DNA of 64,000 bases from Candidatus Limnocylindrales bacterium (GTDB taxonomy: Bacteria; Chloroflexota; Limnocylindria; Limnocylindrales; CSP1-4). A program made the translations under genes and the position numbers. Of the stretch, positions 57,659 to 64,000 are shown in pieces; the stretch's first letter is position 1, and every line of letters starts with the position of its first letter. The notes under the pieces were generated by a model. It had not been told where the DNA came from, did not search any database, and saw only the letters and a list, made by a program, of their open reading frames with translations. Location: assembly GCA_036508755.1 (NCBI GenBank), contig DATCGV010000044.1, positions 560 through 64,559 of the forward strand, given 5' to 3'.

Positions 57659-59783
57659 GGTTGGCCACGAGTGCAGTCCACCCCGCCTGCTCGTCGGCGC
57701 CGAGACCCTTGCCCGTGTCGCCGTCGAAGAACTCGTGCAGCCGTCCGGTCTGCAGGTAGTCGGCCTCCACGCCGTTCACGACCCGAGCGCGAACGTCTTC
57801 GGCCAGACTCGGGTCGACGTCGTTCAGCTCCTCGATCAGCAGGTAGTTGATGGGCACCCAGACCGGCCCACGCCAGTTCGAGTTGACGCCCTGTCCGGCC
57901 GTGCCGGGCACATAGAGGCTGCTCTGGGCAGATAGTGAGCGGATCCCGGCAACGCCCAGGAAATCGTTCTCGTCGTGGAGCGTGGCCAGGACGCGTGGTA
58001 CCCGCTCGGGCGGCACGACCCCGGCAATCAGCGGGATGAGGCCCGTGTACGATTTCTGGAGCACGAACGATCCGTCCGCGTTGAGGTCGTAGTAGAACCC
58101 GGTCGACTCGTCCCACAGGTGGTCGTTGATCGCCTCCTGGATCGTGCCGCGATCGACCCAGTAGCGCTCAGATCCGTTGGGATCGCGCAGCTCGGACGCG
58201 ATGCGCGCCATGTCGCGGGCGAAGAAGGCCATCCACGCGCTTGCGTCGGACTGGGCCGTGCCGGCGGCGCCGCGGGGCAGGTTGTCCATGCCCATGAAGC
58301 CGCCCGTGAAGAGAGAGCCGCCGACCATGTTGTGCGACCACCAGTAGTCGTAGTTCTGCTGGAGGCCCGGGTAGGCGGCCTGGAGGAAGTCGAGGTCGTG
58401 GGTCTGCTCGTACACGCGCCACACCGCCCAGGCGAAAATCGGCGGGCACTCCTGGTCCATGACCCACTCGGCGCACGGAATGTGGCCGTCGCTCTGCTCC
58501 CAGCGGTTCGAGAGCATGAACAGGAGCTGGTTCTCGGCGATCTTGGGGTCGATCAGCGCAGCTGTCACCGACTCGAACGCCGAATCCCACGACGCGGGCC
58601 ACGGGAACTCCCATTTGTCGGGCAGGATCAGCAGGTCGTGCGCGTCGACCTGGCCCGCATACGCCGGGTTGACCCCGGACGTGCCGTCCCAGCGGTAGTA
58701 GGTCTCGTTCCACATCATGCTCATGAGCGCCTGGTCGTACAGCGCCTGGTGCTGCGAGACCTGGTTCGTGAACTGCGCGTCAGCCTCTGTTCGCCGCGCG
58801 CTGATGATCGAGTCGCTCTGCGCGAGCCGGTCGGCCGCGGTCTGCGGCGCCTGTGCCTTGGCCGCGTCCGCGGAGGTCGAGGCGTCGAAGCTCGCTTCGG
58901 CCGCCCCGATGCGGATCACGCCCTGGGCGCCGGCCGGGATCTCGAGCTTGAACGCCAGCGCGCCGATCGTGCCGCCCTGGTCGCCGTTGAGGCCCGTGCC
59001 GCGCAGGTTCGCGTCGAGCGCGCCTTTGTCGGGGCTGATCTGCCACTCGCTGGGTGGCTGGCCGACGACGGCGACGTATGACGCGCTGCCGTGCATGAGC
59101 AGGCCGTTGGTCAGTGGCGTGACCGCGCCGCCGGCGCCCATCCAGGCCTTGAAGACGACGTCGAGGTTGCGCGTGTCGGAGGTCGTGTTGGTCACCGTCG
59201 CCACGAAGGTCATGCTCGACGAGTCGTAGCGCGCGGCCTCGAGGTCGATCGAGAACCATTTCGTCTGCTGCGGGTACTGGTAGGTCAAGCGGTCGTAGGC
59301 GTGGGTCGGTCCGTTCTCGTGAAACTCGCGGTCGTCGGTGATCTGCTCCCCCGCGGGACCGGCCGGATTGGACAGGCCATTGAAGCGCTCCGTGACGTAG
59401 TCCTGTGTGCCGTCCCAGAACGCCCAGCCCATGTCGAACTGGTTGTTGCTGTCGGTCCAGCCGGCGATCCCGTCGTCGCCGTACTTGTAGGCCGTCGTGA
59501 TCGCGCCGCGCCACGAGAGGCCCCAGCCGTTATTGCCAACCGCCTCGCGCGGCGTGCCCCACTCGCGCTCGGCCAAATACGTGCCCCAGCGCCGATCGAG
59601 CTGCGACTGTGGCTGCAGGTTGAGAGCGGCAGTCGTCGCCGTCGGCGGTGGCGCAAGGACCGTGAAACCGGCGACGATCAGGGCGACGATCGCGAGCAGG
59701 CCCGCGACGACGCCAAGGACCATCCACCACGGGCGGCGGCTCGAAGAGCGGCGGGGCTGGGCCGCCGGCACTGGCGCGCTCAC
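57621..59783 (-). CDS. membrane-anchored glycoside hydrolase, GH63-like (alpha/alpha)6 barrel (processing glucosidase/mannosylglycerate hydrolase-like)
   Basis: N-terminal TM; C-terminal catalytic region with DGHIPCAEW..., FMGMDNLPRG, ESTGFYYDL, VAGIRSLS resembling the GH63 family. Confidence 0.55.
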   Translation of the reverse strand: MSAPVPAAQPRRSSSRRPWWMVLGVVAGLLAIVALIVAGFTVLAPPPTATTAALNLQPQSQLDRRWGTYLAEREWGTPREAVGNNGWGLSWRGAITTAYKYGDDGIAGWTDSNNQFDMGWAFWDGTQDYVTERFNGLSNPAGPAGEQITDDREFHENGPTHAYDRLTYQYPQQTKWFSIDLEAARYDSSSMTFVATVTNTTSDTRNLDVVFKAWMGAGGAVTPLTNGLLMHGSASYVAVVGQPPSEWQISPDKGALDANLRGTGLNGDQGGTIGALAFKLEIPAGAQGVIRIGAAEASFDASTSADAAKAQAPQTAADRLAQSDSIISARRTEADAQFTNQVSQHQALYDQALMSMMWNETYYRWDGTSGVNPAYAGQVDAHDLLILPDKWEFPWPASWDSAFESVTAALIDPKIAENQLLFMLSNRWEQSDGHIPCAEWVMDQECPPIFAWAVWRVYEQTHDLDFLQAAYPGLQQNYDYWWSHNMVGGSLFTGGFMGMDNLPRGAAGTAQSDASAWMAFFARDMARIASELRDPNGSERYWVDRGTIQEAINDHLWDESTGFYYDLNADGSFVLQKSYTGLIPLIAGVVPPERVPRVLATLHDENDFLGVAGIRSLSAQSSLYVPGTAGQGVNSNWRGPVWVPINYLLIEELNDVDPSLAEDVRARVVNGVEADYLQTGRLHEFFDGDTGKGLGADEQAGWTALVANLIHEGWPATPAQ

Positions 59784-59848
59784 GCGGCCGAGGTTAGCAG
59801 CCGTTGCTCGCTATGATCGGCCGTCCTTATGCATGCAGGTCCCTGCCA

Positions 59849-60703
59849 ATGAATGCGATCGTCCAGCGCTACGACCGAGATGCCGCCGACTACGAGCGCT
59901 ACTGGGCGCCGGTGCTCCAGTCGACCGCGCGGCGGCTGCTCGACTACGTCGACGACTTCGTTCATTTCGTCGAGCGGCGCGACGGCCGCGTGCGCATCCT
60001 GGAGGTAGGCGTTGGCACGGGCGCGCTCCTGCGCGGCGCTCTCGAGCACTGGCCGGCGGCCGAGTTCATCGCCGCTGACGCCGCGCCGGCGATGGTCGAG
60101 CTGGCGCGCTCGCGCCTGGCCGATGGCGGCTACGAGGCGGCCGGCAGAGTCCGTTTCCTCAACGCGCCGGCAGAGGCACTGTCGTTGCCCGACGCGTCCG
60201 TTGACCTCGTCATCTCGACCTTCGTCCTGCAGCTCGTGCCCGACCGCATCACGGCGCTGCGCGAGGCGCACCGCGTCCTGGCGCCGAGCGGCATGGTCGC
60301 CTACCTGACCTGGCTCGACCGCGCCGCGCGCGGCCCATTCCTGCCCGCGCAGGACTTCGACGAAGCGGTCTACGACCTCGAGATCGACGAGCCCGAAACA
60401 CCCGAAGAACCGCACGCGGGCGATGTCCACTCGGGCCGGACGGCGGCCAGCGAGCTGCGCCGGGCAGGCTTCGTCAAGGCATCCGCGCGCGAGGAGGTGC
60501 TCGAGTACGACTGGAGCGCCGACTCGTACCTCGAGTACAAGCTCGACTACGACGAGCGCTCGCTGGTGGAACTCCTCGACGCGGAGCAGAGTGCTCGTCT
60601 TGAGCGCAATGCGCGCGAGCGGCTGGCGCGTCTCAAGCCGCACGACTTCCGCTGGCACGCGCCGGTCGTATTCGCCCGCGCCGAGAAGCCGCGCAGCAGC
60701 TAG
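59849..60703 (+). CDS. class I SAM-dependent methyltransferase
   Basis: ILEVGVGTGALL motif I; DLVISTFVLQLVPD; ATG at 59849 chosen over the track start at 59804. Confidence 0.65.
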   Translation: MNAIVQRYDRDAADYERYWAPVLQSTARRLLDYVDDFVHFVERRDGRVRILEVGVGTGALLRGALEHWPAAEFIAADAAPAMVELARSRLADGGYEAAGRVRFLNAPAEALSLPDASVDLVISTFVLQLVPDRITALREAHRVLAPSGMVAYLTWLDRAARGPFLPAQDFDEAVYDLEIDEPETPEEPHAGDVHSGRTAASELRRAGFVKASAREEVLEYDWSADSYLEYKLDYDERSLVELLDAEQSARLERNARERLARLKPHDFRWHAPVVFARAEKPRSS

Positions 60704-61524
60704 GCGACCACGGCGCGGAACGGCGGATCGACGGGCCGGCACACCTTGCAGGCGCGATAGCCGGCGCCGCGGGCCTCATAGGACGACCGAAGCGGAACCC
60801 TGTGCGCGTCAGTCACACGTCGCGCGTTGCGGCACGACGGGTAGCAGAAGATGTGCGTGGTATCGGAGCCGATGAAACGCACGCCGCGATTGGGCAGCGT
60901 CTCCAGAGTGTTCACGTCGACGCCCTCTGACGCCAGCACGGCGCGCTTCGCCGTGGGCCCGCCCGCGCCGTAGTTGCCGATCCTGCCGTCCGAGCGGACG
61001 ACGCGATGGCACGGGATGACGAACGGGATCGGGTTGCGCGCGACGGCATTGCCCACGGCGCGAACCGCGAGCGGGCGGCCGAGCTCGGCCGCGACCCAGG
61101 CATACGGCCGGACCTCTCCGCGCGGGATCTCGAGCACCTTGAGCAGCACCTGGCGCTCGAAGTCGGGTAGCTGGTCGAGCTCGAAGCGCATCTTCGGCTG
61201 TGACCCGGCGCGCCCCCAGATTCGGGCGTCGATGATCCGCTGGACGAGCTCGGGGGCGCGCTCAACGCGCCGCACGGATCGGCCGAAAGTCGCCCTGAAT
61301 GCCTCCTCGAAGTCGCCCGCCTCGCTCCGATCGGCACGCTCGACGAGCGAGATGCCCCGCTGGCCATAGGCCACGAAGAGCGGGCTGATGGGCCCGTCGA
61401 CATTGACGTACTCGTCACCAGCGAGACCGACACGCTCCATGACGGCATCGGCCAAACCGGCCGGTGCAGACTGGCGAAGCTTGGCCAGACCGGTCGCGAT
61501 GAGTCGGTCGTCTGAAGTCTTCAT
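60700..61524 (-). CDS. methylated-DNA-protein-cysteine methyltransferase fused to a C-terminal Ada-type zinc-binding domain
   Basis: MGMT N-domain (GPISPLFVAYGQRGISLVE), active site IPCHRVV (PCHR), then HIFCYPSCRNARRVTDAHRVPLRSSYEARGAGYRACKVCRP matching the Ada_Zn_binding Cys4 pattern; ATG at 61524 overlaps the ECF sigma stop. Confidence 0.7.
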   Translation of the reverse strand: MKTSDDRLIATGLAKLRQSAPAGLADAVMERVGLAGDEYVNVDGPISPLFVAYGQRGISLVERADRSEAGDFEEAFRATFGRSVRRVERAPELVQRIIDARIWGRAGSQPKMRFELDQLPDFERQVLLKVLEIPRGEVRPYAWVAAELGRPLAVRAVGNAVARNPIPFVIPCHRVVRSDGRIGNYGAGGPTAKRAVLASEGVDVNTLETLPNRGVRFIGSDTTHIFCYPSCRNARRVTDAHRVPLRSSYEARGAGYRACKVCRPVDPPFRAVVA

Positions 61525-62147
61525 GAGGCTGCCTCCTGCGCGCCGCCCAGCGCGCGTTGCTCCGCGTCGTAGGCGGCCCGCAGGAGCGCCGTGCCGCGAT
61601 GTACGTCCGATTTGACGGTGCCCAGGGGCCGGCCGAGCGTCTCGGCCAGCTCCGGGTAGGAAAGGTCGTCGATGTACCTGAGGGCCACCGCCAGCCGGTA
61701 ACGGTCCGGCAGTCCGGCCAGCAGCCGTGCCCACGTGCGCCGCTCGTCGCTGCGCTCGGCGAGCCGGAGCGGGCTGTCGCCCGGTTCCGCCAGCGTGGCC
61801 GCGGCTTCGTCGATATCGACGTGGCTGCGCCTTCCGCGAAGCTCGTTGCGCGCGGCGTTGAGCGCAATCCGTGCCAGCCACGGCCGAAGTCGCAGCTCAC
61901 GGACCTGCTGGTTCGGGTAGCGCTTGAGTGCTCGGTATGCGCGCACGAAGGCTTCCTGGGCGACATCCTCGGCCGCGTGCTCGTCCCGTACGACGCGCAG
62001 CGCGACGCCGAAGACGAGATCCTGGTTGGCGACGACAAGCTCGGGAAATGCCTCGTCCACGTCCGTGGCCAGCCGATCGCACAGCGGGTCGGGGGTCATC
62101 TGCATCCACACGCAGGGTAAACACGCGGGCCGCGGCTCCGGTTGCAT
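61521..62147 (-). CDS. RNA polymerase ECF-type sigma-70 family factor
   Basis: Region 2 (DVAQEAFVRAYRAL) and region 4 (LSYPELAETLGRPLGTVKSDVHRG) signatures; start may be the internal ATG near 62102. Confidence 0.7.
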   Translation of the reverse strand: MQPEPRPACLPCVWMQMTPDPLCDRLATDVDEAFPELVVANQDLVFGVALRVVRDEHAAEDVAQEAFVRAYRALKRYPNQQVRELRLRPWLARIALNAARNELRGRRSHVDIDEAAATLAEPGDSPLRLAERSDERRTWARLLAGLPDRYRLAVALRYIDDLSYPELAETLGRPLGTVKSDVHRGTALLRAAYDAEQRALGGAQEAAS

Positions 62148-62453
62148 CTTCGCCTGAGCGCCGGCTGTTCGAGATTGTCGGCTGTAGTGACGGCTCAGAC
62201 TTCACTGGCAGTTGCAGGTCCTGGGAGAAGCGACTCGACAAGGCTGTTCGGGTCGCGTTGCCCGGCGGGCGTCGGGCCGTCTCCACGCTCAAGTCCCGCG
62301 GCCACAAGGCCCTGGGCGTCCCAAGCGGGCGTCCGGTTGCGCCTTGACCATGCCCGTACCGCACAAGCTGGAACTGTCAGTTACATCGATGCCCTCTGCG
62401 CTCGGCGATCCCGGGCGAACCCTTCGACCGACGGCGAGTTTCGAGCAGCCCGG

Positions 62454-63998
62454 TCAGCCGAGCAGGAAGCCGTCCCCGAGCGGGTCGCGCGAGTCGACCG
62501 TGAACGTCGAGTAGCCGGTCAGGAATGCCGTGCCGGCCACGGACGTGCTCACGGCCGGGTATGGACCGAGGGCTGTCTCGGCCTCGATGCGGCCAAGGAA
62601 GTGCTCGCCCGTGATGCCGGCGTTGACGATCTCCTGGCCGACCTTGATCCGGCCGCGCGCGTGGAGCTGGGCGAGGATCGCCGACGTACCAGATCCGCAC
62701 GGTGAGCGGTCAAGTTCCGCCTCGGCGAAGATCGTCACGTTGCGCAGGTGCGCGTCACGCGCCCGACCGTCAGGGGACGTGCGCGGGTCGAGATCGACGA
62801 TGATCGTGCCGTACACGAAGCTCAGGTCGGGGTCCGACGGATGTGCCGGCGTGTGGTCGCGGCGCAGGACTTCGGTGATCGCGGCGCCGACGCGGCGCAG
62901 CTCATCGGCGTTCTCGGGCACGACGCGCAGGCCAACCTCGGCCGCGTTGACGATGCCGTAGTAAGCGCCACCGAAGGCGATGTCGACACCGAGCGCGCCG
63001 TATTGCGCGGCAGTGCCATGCAGCTCAACGCCGTCCGGCCGAACCGCGAGCGACTGAGCGGCGAGATACGACGGGACGTTCGTGAAGCGCACGCCGCGCA
63101 CTGCCCAGGTGCCATCGTCCTGCTTCGTCGTCGCGGCATTGGCCGCGACGATGCCAGCCGGAACCTCGTAACGGATCGTCGTCACCGGCTCGGACGCGGG
63201 GAAGAGGCCTTCCTCGATCAGTCCGGTCGTGATGGCGATGATGCCGTGGCCGCACATCGTGCTGTAGCCCTCGTTGTGCATGAACAGCACGGTCATGTCG
63301 GCGTAGTCGTTGTACGGCGGCAGCAGGATCGCGCCGTACATATCCCTGTGGCCGCGCGGCTCGTAGATGAGCGCGCGCCGGACGTGATCGGCGTTGTCCT
63401 TGAGCCACTGCCGGCGTTCGAGCACGGGCAGCAGGGGCACGTCGGGGAAGCCGCTCCTGACGAGGCGGAGTGGCTCGCCAGCGGTATGCAGGTCCATGGT
63501 CTGGATCGTCAGCCGTGCCTGGCGTCCCGTGGCCTCGGCAGCCGTCGCTGGCTGCTCGGCGGGAGCTGGCTGCGCGGGCACCGACTCTGAGCTCGCCGCG
63601 GTCTCGACCTCGTCGGCCTGCGACGCAACGACTGGCTCGGCCTGTGCGGCTGGTTCCGCCACGGGGAGCGGCTCATCCGCTGCGAAAGGCTCGGCTATCG
63701 CGACGGGCTCGTCCTGGACACGTGGCTCTTTCGGCGCGTAGGTCTCAGGCTCAGCGATCGGCTCGTGCTCGACGAGGGGCTCACCGGTCGGCACTGGCGC
63801 GTACATCTCGGGCGAAGATGCGTACATCTCCGGCGGTGGCGTGTAGCGCTCGAGCTGCCTCTCGGGCTCAACCTCGGGCAGCAGCCAGTCCGAATCGGGT
63901 GGCGCGGCGACATGCGCCTGGGCCGTTTCCGGCGGTGGCGCGAATGAGTCGCTCGGCTGCTCGGGCGCGACGAACTGCGCGTCATGGTCCGCGCCCAC
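62454..63998 (-). CDS. proline racemase family enzyme (Cys/Cys type, racemase or hydroxyproline epimerase); core starts at ATG 63497, and an in-frame acidic Pro/Glu-rich repeat extension runs to the window edge
   Basis: Core MDLHTAGEPLRLV..., first catalytic Cys GYSTMCGHG, second SPCGSGTSA. The upstream 63498-63998 is stop-free in frame and encodes EP-rich repeats. Confidence 0.7.
   Translation of the reverse strand: MGADHDAQFVAPEQPSDSFAPPPETAQAHVAAPPDSDWLLPEVEPERQLERYTPPPEMYASSPEMYAPVPTGEPLVEHEPIAEPETYAPKEPRVQDEPVAIAEPFAADEPLPVAEPAAQAEPVVASQADEVETAASSESVPAQPAPAEQPATAAEATGRQARLTIQTMDLHTAGEPLRLVRSGFPDVPLLPVLERRQWLKDNADHVRRALIYEPRGHRDMYGAILLPPYNDYADMTVLFMHNEGYSTMCGHGIIAITTGLIEEGLFPASEPVTTIRYEVPAGIVAANAATTKQDDGTWAVRGVRFTNVPSYLAAQSLAVRPDGVELHGTAAQYGALGVDIAFGGAYYGIVNAAEVGLRVVPENADELRRVGAAITEVLRRDHTPAHPSDPDLSFVYGTIIVDLDPRTSPDGRARDAHLRNVTIFAEAELDRSPCGSGTSAILAQLHARGRIKVGQEIVNAGITGEHFLGRIEAETALGPYPAVSTSVAGTAFLTGYSTFTVDSRDPLGDGFLLG
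63500..63998. repeat. degenerate tandem repeat region (GGCTC periodicity, plus 21-bp direct repeat GCGTACATCTC x2) encoding EP-rich / PEMYA peptide repeats in frame with the proline racemase gene
   Basis: GCGTACATCTC at 63799-63809 and 63820-63830; recurring cGGCTCg units about every 15-18 nt between 63590 and 63790. Confidence 0.4.
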
Positions 63999-64000
63999 GG

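Overview
This window looks like a high-GC (about 70%) actinobacterial chromosomal segment, densely packed with roughly 65 protein-coding genes and no tRNA, rRNA, CRISPR array, transposase or integrase that I could recognise. I called genes by reading the supplied six-frame ORF translations for family-level motifs and by checking start codons and overlaps directly in the nucleotide sequence; no database was searched.

Recognisable blocks, in order:
- **1-2400:** a partial DUF971 gene and a C39-like secreted peptidase, then a Ppx/GppA phosphatase and an ArsR-family regulator.
- **2445-3491:** a long-form deoC.
- **3531-8136:** a tightly overlapping six-gene minus-strand operon (SAM methyltransferase, FAD oxidoreductase, NUDIX, SRPBCC cyclase-like, FabF-like ketosynthase, GNAT).
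- **8226-11213:** a divergent operon of aldehyde dehydrogenase, cupin, and an aldehyde dehydrogenase truncated after its NAD-binding domain.
- **11159-16516:** a PAP2 phosphatase and a copper-handling locus (YcnI-like, CopC-CopD fusion, lipoproteins).
- **16518-21235:** a lone amino-acid-type binding protein with a CPBP protease, DUF72, and an ABC-2 exporter.
- **21304-24334:** zur-znuA-znuC-znuB.
- **25217-26955:** pncA-like amidase and citrate synthase.
- **27169-32511:** a fused ABC exporter, a spermidine-synthase-like membrane fusion, and trxB.
- **32565-38087:** a coenzyme F420 island (luciferase-like oxidoreductase, cofE, cofC, cofD, an Fgd-family dehydrogenase, a PPOX-class oxidoreductase).
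- **38098-44904:** a GGDEF-EAL sensor, DUF1684, and an OpuA/ProU-type osmoprotectant ABC system.
- **44932-52761:** small housekeeping enzymes, an MFS pump, an esterase, a 5'-3' exonuclease and ppgK.
- **52853-59783:** aceE with three coupled downstream genes, then a GH63-like hydrolase.
- **59849-63998:** a methyltransferase, an ECF sigma factor coupled to an MGMT-Ada zinc-finger fusion, and a proline-racemase-family gene with a repeat-bearing N-terminal extension cut by the window edge.

The most interesting observations are the orphan biosynthetic-looking six-gene operon with its divergent partner and a GTGAC-N6-GTCACATA palindrome shared with the ArsR/deoC promoter. Other notable points are the half-length aldehyde dehydrogenase paralog, a znuC lacking a canonical start codon, the sigma-MGMT-Ada coupling, the repeat-containing racemase extension, and several structured intergenic regions.

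Many ORFs in the supplied track lie antisense to real genes; I treated these as GC-rich frame artefacts.
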